In this document: positions 1 to 10,358 of the stretch, piece by piece | How positions within the stretch are numbered: the stretch's first letter is position 1 | How the letters are laid out: the number at the start of each line of letters is the position of its first letter | Assembly: GCA_964429245.1 (NCBI GenBank) | Contig: CAYSBE010000001.1 | Span: forward strand, 1-46,349 | Source of the DNA: an uncultured Bifidobacteriaceae bacterium | GTDB lineage: Bacteria; Bacteroidota; Bacteroidia; UKL13-3 | DNA: 46,349 nt | Direction: 5' to 3' | Made by a program: the position numbers and the translations under genes | Notes under the pieces: model-generated | What the model was told of the DNA's origin: nothing | Database searches by the model: none | What the model saw: only the letters and a program-made list of their open reading frames with translations

Positions 1-57
1 TTTTTTTGCAGCTGATTTTGTAGGAGCTGCTTTTTTGGTGGTTTTTTTAGTTGCCAT
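1..57 (-). CDS. 5' end (19 codons) of a lysine/alanine-rich, histone H1-like basic protein. The gene continues beyond the left window edge.
   Basis: The reverse complement of 1-57 reads ATG GCA ACT AAA AAA ACC ACC AAA AAA GCA GCT CCT ACA AAA TCA GCT GCA AAA AAA, which translates to MATKKTTKKAAPTKSAAKK and stays open to the edge. The composition resembles bacterial H1-like DNA-binding proteins. The fragment is too short for a firm call. Confidence 0.3.
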   Translation of the reverse strand, partial: MATKKTTKKAAPTKSAAKK

Positions 58-548
58 GTTTTTATTTATTTGATTGATTACGAAAACAAAGTTATACCGT
101 TAAGGATAAAATTCAAGTAGTTGCTCAAAATCAATGCAAAATAATACCATCATGTTTTTGTTGATAACTACACTAACCTACCTCTAAGCATTGATAAAAC
201 TATGTGTTCAGCGGAATCACTATCAACATTTTATTTTGATTTAATTTATAAAATTATTTGATAACTGATGTAAATCATATTGTTATACAGCTAACATCAA
301 AAATTATTCTTCACGTAATCACAATTTATAAATCACTTGAACATACTGATATTACTGACATCTTCACCGATTGTTATAAAATCAAAAAAGCAAATTTGAC
401 TTTTCATACGATAGGGTATCATTTTAATTTGGTATAAAGTTGATTGGCTATTTTTAAAATATCGAGTATAATTTTTTATACACTTACTATCTAAAAATCT
501 TTTTAAAAGTTTAATTCAATTAATCAAATCAAGGTGTAATATTGAACT

Positions 549-1820
549 ATGAACGGAGCAAAAATTCATGCAGCAATTATCACAATCGGAGATGAAATTT
601 TAATTGGACAAATAACTGATACCAATAGCGCATGGCTTGGCCAAGAGCTAGGCAAGATGGGCATTAGGGTAAACTACAGGTGTTCTGTTGGAGATGTAAA
701 AGAGCATATCATACATGCGCTTGAGCAAGCTAAAAAATATGCAGATATTATTATCACAACAGGAGGCTTGGGTCCAACTAAAGATGATGTAACAAAACAA
801 ACATTTTGCGAATATTTTAATACGAGCTTAATTGAAAATAAAGAAGTATTGGATTGGGTTACTAAAATATTTCGCATGCGAAAATTGCCAATGATTGAAT
901 CAAATAGATTTCAAGCAATGGTACCTGCAAATTGTGAAGTACTATTTAATAGCACAGGCACAGCTCCGGGAATGTTGTTTAGGGAGGGTGAAAAAATAAT
1001 CATAAGTCTTCCGGGTGTTCCTTTTGAAATGAAAAATATTTTTGAAGAACATTGTTGTGCGATAATAAAAAAATCATTCATATTAACATCAATCATTCAT
1101 CGTACCATTCAAACAACAAGTATTGGTGAATCATTTCTTGCTGAAAAAATAAAAGATTGGGAAGACAAACTTCCTACTCATATAAATTTAGCATACTTGC
1201 CTTCAGTTGGCCAAGTTCGGTTGCGATTAAGTGGATACAGTGATGACATAATTTCACTCGAAAATGAAATGAACAGTATTATTCATGAGCTTTATTTAAA
1301 AGTTGGTGAATACATTTTTGGAGAAGAAGACACTACCCTTCAAAAAGCCGTTGGTGAATTGTTAAAAACAAAAAAAGCAAGTTTATCTACAGCCGAAAGT
1401 TGTACCGGAGGTTACCTAGCCCATCTTATTACATCTGTACCAGGAAGTTCATCTTATTATAAAGGCAGTATTATTGCATACGACAACAAAATAAAAATGG
1501 CGGAGCTGGGCGTTTCAGCTGATCTGTTAAATTCAGTTGGTGCGGTTAGCGAAGCATGTGTCAAACAAATGGCAGAAAGCGTTCGGTTAAAAATGCAAAC
1601 CGATTATGGAATGGCAACAAGTGGAATTGCAGGACCCGATGGTGGTACAGTTGAAAAACCTGTGGGAACTGTTTGGATTGCTATTAGTAGTTCATCAACA
1701 ACGTTTGCCAAACAGTTCAACATGGGAGATAACCGCGAAAGAACAATTCTACGAACAGCGCTTCAAGGATTAGACATGTTACGTAAAACCATCCTCAAAG
1801 AAAATAAAACTAACCTGTAA
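549..1820 (+). CDS. cinA: CinA-family competence/damage-inducible protein (MoCF-like N-domain plus nicotinamide-nucleotide amidohydrolase C-domain)
   Basis: 423-aa ORF. The N-terminus AAIITIGDEILIGQITDTNSAWL and the TTGGLGPTKDD motif match the N-domain. The C-terminal half carries the ESCTGG motif typical of the CinA/PncC domain. Confidence 0.85.
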   Translation: MNGAKIHAAIITIGDEILIGQITDTNSAWLGQELGKMGIRVNYRCSVGDVKEHIIHALEQAKKYADIIITTGGLGPTKDDVTKQTFCEYFNTSLIENKEVLDWVTKIFRMRKLPMIESNRFQAMVPANCEVLFNSTGTAPGMLFREGEKIIISLPGVPFEMKNIFEEHCCAIIKKSFILTSIIHRTIQTTSIGESFLAEKIKDWEDKLPTHINLAYLPSVGQVRLRLSGYSDDIISLENEMNSIIHELYLKVGEYIFGEEDTTLQKAVGELLKTKKASLSTAESCTGGYLAHLITSVPGSSSYYKGSIIAYDNKIKMAELGVSADLLNSVGAVSEACVKQMAESVRLKMQTDYGMATSGIAGPDGGTVEKPVGTVWIAISSSSTTFAKQFNMGDNRERTILRTALQGLDMLRKTILKENKTNL

Positions 1821-1921
1821 TTTATAATTCAACAGCCACGCGAAGGATAATATCCGATCTGCCGATTTTTCTAAAATCTCATAATATCCGTGTTCACAAC
1901 ACTTTACAATTTTGTAATCAA

Positions 1922-1952
1922 TTGGCATAAGTGACACAAAAACATAAATTTG
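1922..1952 (+). promoter_or_regulatory. Putative Bacteroidota sigma-A promoter for the E2 gene
   Basis: TAAATTTG at 1945-1952 matches the TAnnTTTG -7 consensus. A TTG sits at 1922-1924, 20 nt upstream. The box lies 22 nt before the ATG at 1974. This is a motif match only. Confidence 0.3.
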
Positions 1953-1973
1953 CCTCATTAAGAACTTATTGAT

Positions 1974-3311
1974 ATGGCAGAATTTCAACTTGTGATGCCC
2001 AAAATGGGCGAAAGTATAGCAGAGGCAACAATTATTCGTTGGGTAAAAAATGAAGGTGACGTTATCAATGCGGATGAAACCGTACTTGAAATTGCCACAG
2101 ATAAAGTAGATAGTGAGGTACCTGCACCTAAGGGAGGAATCTTAAAAAAGAAACTATTCAATGAAAATGATGTAGTAGCTGTTGGCGCAGTTATAGCAAT
2201 TATTGAAACAGAAGGCGCAGCCGCTATCAGTACTCCGGCATCAACTCCTGTAGTTGAAAATAAGCAAGCAGTAACAGAAGTTATTAAAACAGTTGAAACG
2301 GCAATCGAGACTACCAAACCGGCATTAACAGGGGGTTCTCGTTTTTATTCTCCTTTGGTACTAAACATTGCCAAAGAAGAAAACATCAGCATGGCTGAGC
2401 TAGAAAATATTCCAGGAACTGGAAGCGAAGGCAGGGTAACCAAAAAAGATATTTTGGCTTACGTTCAAAATAAAGGAACACAAACCCAAACTACAAATAT
2501 TATTGCACCTGTTATACCTCAAACCCCGGCAGTATCTACTACATCTTTAGAAGCGCCAGCAGCAACAAAACCTGCAACTGCATCTAAATTTTCTTTGATG
2601 CCTGGTGATGAAATCATTGAGATGGATCGCATGAGGAAATTGATTGCTGAACATATGGTGATGAGTAAATCCACTTCACCACACGTGACTTCTTTCGTAG
2701 AAGCTGATGTTACGAATATGGTAGTTTGGAGAGAAAAAGTGAAGAAGAATTTCGAAAAACGTGAAAATGAAAAAATCACTTTTACCCCATTATTTATTGA
2801 ATGTGTTGTAAAAGCTATCAAAGACTTTCCTATGATTAACATTTCTGTTGATGGCCAAAACATCATCAAACGGAAAAATATAAATATTGGAATGGCTGCA
2901 GCACTTCCATCGGGTAATCTTATCGTACCCGTAATTAAAAATGCAGATATGATGAATCTAGTTGGGTTAACAAAATCGGTAAATGATTTGGCCAACCGCG
3001 CAAGAGGCAACAAACTTTCTCCAGATGAGATTTCGGGAGGTACTTTCACCCTTACAAATGTGGGTGGTTTTGGAAATGTAATGGGAACACCTATTATCAA
3101 CCAACCACAAGTAGCAATTATGGCTACGGGCTCTATAAAGAAAAAACCGGCTGTACTAGAAACTGAAATGGGTGATGTAATTGCCATACGTCACATCATG
3201 TTTTTATCGATGAGTTATGATCACCGTGTAGTTGATGGTTCACTTGGCGGCTCATTCTTAAGACGTGTTGCAGATTATATGGAGCAATGGGATATTAACA
3301 GAGAATATTAA
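1974..3311 (+). CDS. 2-oxoacid dehydrogenase complex E2 component (dihydrolipoamide acyltransferase)
   Basis: The lipoyl domain carries EIATDKV. The peripheral-subunit-binding domain reads SPLVLNIAKEENI...GTGSEGRVTKKDI. The catalytic domain carries SYDHRVVDG. No E1 genes are adjacent, so the substrate class is not assigned. Confidence 0.9.
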   Translation: MAEFQLVMPKMGESIAEATIIRWVKNEGDVINADETVLEIATDKVDSEVPAPKGGILKKKLFNENDVVAVGAVIAIIETEGAAAISTPASTPVVENKQAVTEVIKTVETAIETTKPALTGGSRFYSPLVLNIAKEENISMAELENIPGTGSEGRVTKKDILAYVQNKGTQTQTTNIIAPVIPQTPAVSTTSLEAPAATKPATASKFSLMPGDEIIEMDRMRKLIAEHMVMSKSTSPHVTSFVEADVTNMVVWREKVKKNFEKRENEKITFTPLFIECVVKAIKDFPMINISVDGQNIIKRKNINIGMAAALPSGNLIVPVIKNADMMNLVGLTKSVNDLANRARGNKLSPDEISGGTFTLTNVGGFGNVMGTPIINQPQVAIMATGSIKKKPAVLETEMGDVIAIRHIMFLSMSYDHRVVDGSLGGSFLRRVADYMEQWDINREY

Positions 3312-3317
3312 AATATC

Positions 3318-4085
3318 ATGCAAAAACAGAAAAACACCAATATGTATGCTTATGGAATCTTATCCATAGGAATAGTAATTGGCTCATGGTTTATTGGTAG
3401 TTCTATTAAAAGTTTCAAAACAGATGATAGAACAGTAACTGTGAAGGGTTTTTCTGAAAAAGATGTTAAATCTGATTTGGTTATTTGGAAAATGAAGGTA
3501 CGTATTGTAGACAACGACCTTCAAGCCGGGAGCATGGGAATTGAAAATGCTAGGCAGAAAGTTGTTACATTCCTTATAAATAAAGGAATCAAAAACAATG
3601 AAATAACCGTTAAGGACTTAAACGTAATTGACAAGCAAGCTGACGAATACAACTCTTCGGGTGGTTTTGCGAAATACCGCTACCTAATTGAAGAAAGTAT
3701 TGAAGTTAGATCTACAAATGTAGATTTGGTAAAAGAAGTTAGTCGAATGACCAATGAGTTATTAAATGCGGGGGTTGTCTTATCTACTAAAAATGATTGG
3801 CGCTCTTCCGGGCTAAGATTCATGTTTACAAAGCTAAACGAGATTAAGCCGGCAATGGTGAAAGATGCCATTCAAAATGCACGACAAGCTGCACTAGAAT
3901 TTGCAAACGAAAGCAATGCAGAATTAGGTAAGTTAAAACGTGCTCAACAAGGTTATTTTACGGTACAAGACAGAGATGCCTCATTAAACAGTGGCGGAGG
4001 TGAAGGTGGATATTACGACAACTCTTCATCTGATGTATTCAAAAAAGTTCGAGTAGTTATTGCATTGGATTACTCGCTTAACTAA
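3318..4085 (+). CDS. SIMPL/DUF541-like membrane-anchored protein
   Basis: 255-aa ORF starting 6 nt after the E2 stop. It has one N-terminal hydrophobic helix (YAYGILSIGIVIGSWFIGS). This is followed by the pattern TVTVKGFSEKDVKSDLVIWKMKV, which is typical of SIMPL-domain proteins. The family call comes from memory of that pattern, not from a search. Confidence 0.5.
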   Translation: MQKQKNTNMYAYGILSIGIVIGSWFIGSSIKSFKTDDRTVTVKGFSEKDVKSDLVIWKMKVRIVDNDLQAGSMGIENARQKVVTFLINKGIKNNEITVKDLNVIDKQADEYNSSGGFAKYRYLIEESIEVRSTNVDLVKEVSRMTNELLNAGVVLSTKNDWRSSGLRFMFTKLNEIKPAMVKDAIQNARQAALEFANESNAELGKLKRAQQGYFTVQDRDASLNSGGGEGGYYDNSSSDVFKKVRVVIALDYSLN

Positions 4086-4146
4086 AGTATTACATTATCA
4101 TTACCCATTTTCTGAACCATAATCATACTTCAATCGTTTTAATCGA

Positions 4147-4683
4147 ATGAAAAACATTTTTATCATTCTTTCCTTATCTGTTATATATGCTTGCTCTACC
4201 CACCCAGTAGCCAATAACACCATAACAGATTCAACAACAAACCAAAATACCATCTCCATGCAAAACGAACAGTTTGAAATAAATAAACCCGAAGAATTCT
4301 GGAAAGAAAAACTAAGCCCTGAACAGTATGCGATAATAAGGATGAAAGGTACTGAGCGTCCGTTTACCGGAAAATTTGAGAACCATTGGGAACCGGGAGT
4401 ATATGTGTGTGCTGCTTGTGGAAATGAATTATTTCAATCGGACACAAAATTTGATGCAGGTTGCGGATGGCCTAGCTTTTATGAAGCACTCGACAAAACA
4501 AAAATTACAGAGAAAATTGATAAAACCTACGGTATGACACGCATAGAAATTATGTGCGCAAAGTGCGGTGGTCATCTGGGACATGTATTTAATGACGGCC
4601 CTCAAGATAAAACAGGTTTGCGTTATTGTGTAAACTCTGTTTCATTAGACTTCAGAAAAAAAGATACTATAGCCACAAAATAG
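4147..4683 (+). CDS. msrB: Peptide-methionine (R)-S-oxide reductase MsrB with an N-terminal lipoprotein-type signal peptide
   Basis: Motifs GTERPFTG, two CxxC pairs (CAACG, CAKCG), GCGWPSF, GHLGHVFNDGP and RYCVNS are present. The first 16 residues, MKNIFIILSLSVIYAC, look like a lipoprotein signal. An alternative in-frame ATG lies at 4258. Confidence 0.9.
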   Translation: MKNIFIILSLSVIYACSTHPVANNTITDSTTNQNTISMQNEQFEINKPEEFWKEKLSPEQYAIIRMKGTERPFTGKFENHWEPGVYVCAACGNELFQSDTKFDAGCGWPSFYEALDKTKITEKIDKTYGMTRIEIMCAKCGGHLGHVFNDGPQDKTGLRYCVNSVSLDFRKKDTIATK

Positions 4684-4717
4684 TTACTGATTCTGTTTTT
4701 TTATTTAGGTTTGGGGT

Positions 4718-6073
4718 ATGTTAAATAACAAAAACCTCATCATTGCTTCACTTATAGCATTCTTTTTAGATTCACTGCTACATCTGTCGGGTTGGATGGG
4801 TATTGCCGTATTACCTTCATTCCTTTTACATTCATCCCGATTTATTTTCATAGGGATTCTTGCTGTTTACATTATAAGATCAAAATCCCTAACAGCAGCT
4901 ATATTAATGTGCATGTTTTTGGGAATGGAGGTTGCTGAATTTTTTCCTGAAACAGCCAAAGAACTAAAAGTCTTTAGCGACATTTTTCTAAGGCTCATAA
5001 AAACCATTATTGCTCCATTACTATTTGCAACATTGGTTGTTGGTATAGCAGGTCATGCAAGTTTAAAACAAGTGGGTAGAATGGGATGGAAATCAATATT
5101 GTATTTTGAAGTTGTTACAACATTGGCCTTACTTATTGGACTATTGGCCATAAATATATCCAAAGCGGGTGTCGGCACTTCTATACAAGCCGGTGAAGCA
5201 CAAATTGAACGTGCAGAAGCTTTATTGGAACAGAAGCATACGCATCATGTAATACTTGATATTTTTCCTGAAAATATTGCCAAGGCAGTAGCTGAAAATC
5301 AAATCCTTCAAATTGTGATTTTTAGCATTCTGTTTGGAATCGCATTGGCACAAATTGGAGGAGAACGAAAAAAACAGATGCTTATTTGGGTAGAGTCTTT
5401 AGCAGATGTCATGTTTAAGTTTACCAATATGGTAATGTATGTTGCCCCTTTAGCAGTAGGAGGAGCAATGGCTTTTGCTGTTGCCACAATGGGATATGAA
5501 GTGTTGCAAAATCTGTTGAAATTAGTTGCTACTTTATACGTTGCACTCATTGCTTTTGTTGTTATCATACTTGTTCCGATTGGCTTTTTGGTTAAACTTC
5601 CATTTAAAAAATTTATGCAACATATCAGCGAACCGCTATCTATTGCATTTGCTACCGCAAGTTCCGAAGCCGCATTACCCAAAGCCATGGAAAACTTGGA
5701 AAAAATGGGAATTCCTAGAAAAGTGGTTTCCTTCGTTTTGCCAACCGGTTATAGTTTCAATTTGGATGGCACCACTTTATATCTTTCACTGGCAGCTATA
5801 TTTATCGCTCAGGTAAGTGGAATTGATCTAACTATTGGGCAGCAAATTCAAATGTGTTTGGTTCTGATGCTCACCAGCAAAGGTGTTGCCGGTGTTAGAG
5901 GTGCTTCTTTTATCATTCTGGTAGGTACAGTTCAGTCTTTAGGATTAGATCCGCAAAAAGCATTTGCTATTTTAGCTATTGATGCCATCATGGACATGGG
6001 GCGCACGTCTATAAATTTGGTGGGAAATTGCTTAGCTACTTATGTAGTGGCGAAATGGGAAGGAGAAGTGTAA
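4718..6073 (+). CDS. Dicarboxylate/amino acid:cation symporter (DAACS family, GltP/DctA-like)
   Basis: 451-aa polytopic membrane protein with the family motif ATASSEAALPKAME and NLDGTTLY. The start codon is uncertain because the N-terminus is about 55 aa longer than is usual for the family. Confidence 0.85.
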   Translation: MLNNKNLIIASLIAFFLDSLLHLSGWMGIAVLPSFLLHSSRFIFIGILAVYIIRSKSLTAAILMCMFLGMEVAEFFPETAKELKVFSDIFLRLIKTIIAPLLFATLVVGIAGHASLKQVGRMGWKSILYFEVVTTLALLIGLLAINISKAGVGTSIQAGEAQIERAEALLEQKHTHHVILDIFPENIAKAVAENQILQIVIFSILFGIALAQIGGERKKQMLIWVESLADVMFKFTNMVMYVAPLAVGGAMAFAVATMGYEVLQNLLKLVATLYVALIAFVVIILVPIGFLVKLPFKKFMQHISEPLSIAFATASSEAALPKAMENLEKMGIPRKVVSFVLPTGYSFNLDGTTLYLSLAAIFIAQVSGIDLTIGQQIQMCLVLMLTSKGVAGVRGASFIILVGTVQSLGLDPQKAFAILAIDAIMDMGRTSINLVGNCLATYVVAKWEGEV

Positions 6074-6080
6074 TAAACAA

Positions 6081-7625
6081 TTAAAACTTCTTCCTCAACC
6101 CGAAATGAAGTCCTACGAAATATGGATATTGTTTTACCCAATCCGGGTTTTCAATCATATTTCTTAGTCCTATTTTACACTGTGGTATCAAACTGAGTTC
6201 TACACTTTGATTTACTGAGTAGCTCAATCCCATTGCAATGGTGGTAAAGAATTCATTTCTGAATCCCGGAAAACTTTCCTTATTTGTAAGCATCAGTATT
6301 CCCACATTATCATAATTAACCATAGCCACATCAATATTTGATAGAAAAGCATAGCTAAATCCGGTACTTAACTGAAACGAAAATTTTTGTTTGGTAGGGA
6401 TTCGATAAGTTAACATAATCGGTATTTCCGTCCATGAATACCTGATACTGGAAACATAGCTATTTCCGCTTACAATTGAATCCCCTGGGTTTTGCATTTG
6501 CCCTGGTGATTCATTTGGTGAATGCGCATTTTCAGGTAGTGTAATATTATAATAAAATGATTGCTTAAATAATAAGCGCCCAAATCCTGCCGACAACATC
6601 CATTTTTTATTCAAATCATAGTTTAACAAAAATTGAAAAGCCCAATCTATTTCAGGTTGCTCGATTGCCCTACGCAATGCTGTATTTTCTTCAAGCGGAT
6701 ACCTGCCCACTTCCGGTGATTCTAAGCGCATCATGCAGTAGTTGACACCTGCTAATATCGAAATTGAAAATCGGGTAAGTCCATTTTCTTCATTTACTTT
6801 TCCCGGCTCTGATAAATTGTTTGGCGTGGCACTTGATGCAAGCGTACCAAAGGTATTTGGTAAAGAGTCTTTTAATGGCAAACTATCGTCTTTAGCAGTT
6901 CCTTTATCTGATTCAATCGAACTTAAAAAGGGATTTTCATTATTCAATATGCTGTCTTTATCGGATACAAAAACAGCAGTAATTTCCTGTGAACTATTTT
7001 TACCTAAGTCGTCAATATTATTTGTTGGTACTAAGTTGCTATAATCTGTGTAGTTTGAATTTACTGCAAGCGAGGTTTTGTATATTTTTTGCTTTTTGTA
7101 TTCAGTGGGTTGAGACTTGTTATTTGAAGTTTTATTTGTTATAGTTTCCCATTCGCTTTTTTGAGTTGAATAATCTGATGTATTTATTTGGTTGGTATTA
7201 TTTATTCTTTCCTTCTGGATTGGTGATTCTTTTACTTGATCACCAGAAGGCTCACTGCGTCTATCAATACTTTTTATATCAGGAAAAGCATCTTGAACAA
7301 TTTTTTCATTAGCTACTTTTATTTGGGTGTTGGTATAAAATAATGCGGCAAACAATACAAAAATCAACAGCAGCAACGTGGCATACCTCCACCATGCACG
7401 CATTCCTCTTTCATCATTTAATTCCGATTCAATGGTTGGCCATATTTCAAGTGAGGGCTGGGTTTCAACTTCATCCAGCAATGACTTTACTTTATTTTCG
7501 AAATCACCCTCGGGAATATTTTTTTCAATACGTCCCCACAATGAGGCATCCGGCTTCACTTCAAAGTCAGCAAACTTTTGCTTAAGCTTATTTTCTATAT
7601 GTTTACGGTTCTTGAAAGGGTTCAT
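6081..7625 (-). CDS. Putative anti-sigma-like protein: cytoplasmic N-domain, one TM helix, low-complexity linker, and a C-terminal outer-membrane beta-barrel domain (OMP_b-brl_2/PorT-like)
   Basis: Its start overlaps the stop of the upstream ECF sigma gene by 23 nt. A duplicated N-terminal motif is present (KPDASLWGRIEKNI and QPSLEIWPTIESEL). The hydrophobic segment is WWRYATLLLLIFVLFAALFY. About 190 aa of S/T/N/K-rich linker follows. The last ~220 aa show alternating hydrophobicity, the motif YSWTEIPIMLTYRI, and a terminal ...GLHFGLRKKF ending in Phe. Confidence 0.6.
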   Translation of the reverse strand: MNPFKNRKHIENKLKQKFADFEVKPDASLWGRIEKNIPEGDFENKVKSLLDEVETQPSLEIWPTIESELNDERGMRAWWRYATLLLLIFVLFAALFYTNTQIKVANEKIVQDAFPDIKSIDRRSEPSGDQVKESPIQKERINNTNQINTSDYSTQKSEWETITNKTSNNKSQPTEYKKQKIYKTSLAVNSNYTDYSNLVPTNNIDDLGKNSSQEITAVFVSDKDSILNNENPFLSSIESDKGTAKDDSLPLKDSLPNTFGTLASSATPNNLSEPGKVNEENGLTRFSISILAGVNYCMMRLESPEVGRYPLEENTALRRAIEQPEIDWAFQFLLNYDLNKKWMLSAGFGRLLFKQSFYYNITLPENAHSPNESPGQMQNPGDSIVSGNSYVSSIRYSWTEIPIMLTYRIPTKQKFSFQLSTGFSYAFLSNIDVAMVNYDNVGILMLTNKESFPGFRNEFFTTIAMGLSYSVNQSVELSLIPQCKIGLRNMIENPDWVKQYPYFVGLHFGLRKKF

Positions 7626-8163
7626 TTAATATTTGGTAATGTTTAGCCAATGCTTGCTGCAAGAATTGTCGTGCTCTTGAATATTGCGATTTAGAAGTTC
7701 CTTCAGCTATGTTGAGCATCTGCCCTATCTCTTTATGTGTATATCCTTCAACTGCGTATAGGTTAAATATGACTTTATAGCCTTCGGGCATCTGATGCAT
7801 AAGCATCATAATTTCTTTTGCTGAAATTTTATCAATAATGCCATCGTTATATGGTGCATCATACTCCTCATGATCAAAATCTTCTTTGTATTTTCTTAAC
7901 CTGTATTTATATATATTGATGGCAGTAAAAATCATGATTCTTCGAACCCACCCTTCAAAACTTCCTTCATTTTTAAATTTATTGATATTTTGAAAAACCT
8001 TAAGGAATCCCTCTTGAAGCATATCTTCTGCTTCACTTTTATCTTTAGCATAGCGCATACACACACCGAGCATTTTTGATGCAAAATGCTCATAGAGAGA
8101 TTTTTGGCAACTTCTCTCCCCTTTTATGCATCCCTTAATTATTTCTGCTTCGGTGTATTTCAC
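7603..8163 (-). CDS. ECF-type RNA polymerase sigma-70 family factor
   Basis: 186 aa. The region 2 pattern is AEDMLQEGFLKVFQNINKF...FEGWVRRIMIFTAIN. The region 4 helix-turn-helix is YTHKEIGQMLNIAEGTSKSQYSRARQFL. Confidence 0.85.
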   Translation of the reverse strand: MKYTEAEIIKGCIKGERSCQKSLYEHFASKMLGVCMRYAKDKSEAEDMLQEGFLKVFQNINKFKNEGSFEGWVRRIMIFTAINIYKYRLRKYKEDFDHEEYDAPYNDGIIDKISAKEIMMLMHQMPEGYKVIFNLYAVEGYTHKEIGQMLNIAEGTSKSQYSRARQFLQQALAKHYQILNEPFQEP

Positions 8164-8347
8164 TATTGCTAAGTCAAATGAAATTATATTTCAGTTGCTT
8201 ATTGTTATAAATTTATGGTTTGTCAGTTATAAATACAAAATGACAGCCAAATATCTGTAAAGTACTGACAAAATTGACAAGATTGTGGCTTGGCACACTT
8301 TCTGACAATTCATAGTGTCTAATTAATACAAATAATTTAAAAAACAT

Positions 8348-10289
<1,942 letters not shown>

Positions 10290-10307
10290 TCCACCTGCTT
10301 TATAAAC

Positions 10308-10347
10308 TAAAAAATCCCACTTGTACACGTACAAGCGGGATTTTTTT
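10308..10347. terminator. Bidirectional rho-independent terminator between convergent groEL and queA
   Basis: The inverted repeat is ATCCCACTTGTAC / GTACAAGCGGGAT with one mismatch. It is flanked by an A-run on the left and T7 on the right. Confidence 0.7.
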
Positions 10348-10358
10348 ATATAATCTAT

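Noticed and set aside
58-548. A 490-bp very AT-rich spacer between the histone-like gene and cinA, examined for a small RNA, a small ORF or repeats
   Set aside because: I found no convincing hairpin, repeat or ORF, only short recurring words such as TTGATAA that are expected at this composition. It is probably two divergent promoter regions.
2519-3187. A 222-aa antisense ORF inside the E2 gene. The same applies to antisense ORFs at 1985-2317, 674-877, 911-1096 and 1779-1988.
   Set aside because: These lie opposite a strongly supported CDS. Their composition (S/I/F/T-rich, no motifs) is what is expected from the complementary frame of an AT-rich gene. No independent start or promoter context was seen.
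4718-4885. A ~55-aa N-terminal extension, with two extra hydrophobic segments, on the DAACS transporter
   Set aside because: It could be a real extra helical hairpin, or the true start could be a non-ATG codon further downstream. I cannot tell which from sequence alone, so I make no claim beyond an uncertain start.
5526-7585. Off-frame and antisense ORFs of 80-100 aa (5526-5816, 5308-5688, 6742-7044, 7343-7585, 7378-7629)
   Set aside because: All are nested within well-supported genes and have no motifs and skewed composition. They are treated as frame shadows.
8291-8305. A sigma-54-like TGGCAC element upstream of groES
   Set aside because: The -24 half (TGGCAC) matches. The -12 position, after the 5-nt spacing, reads CTGA rather than TTGC, so the critical GC is missing.
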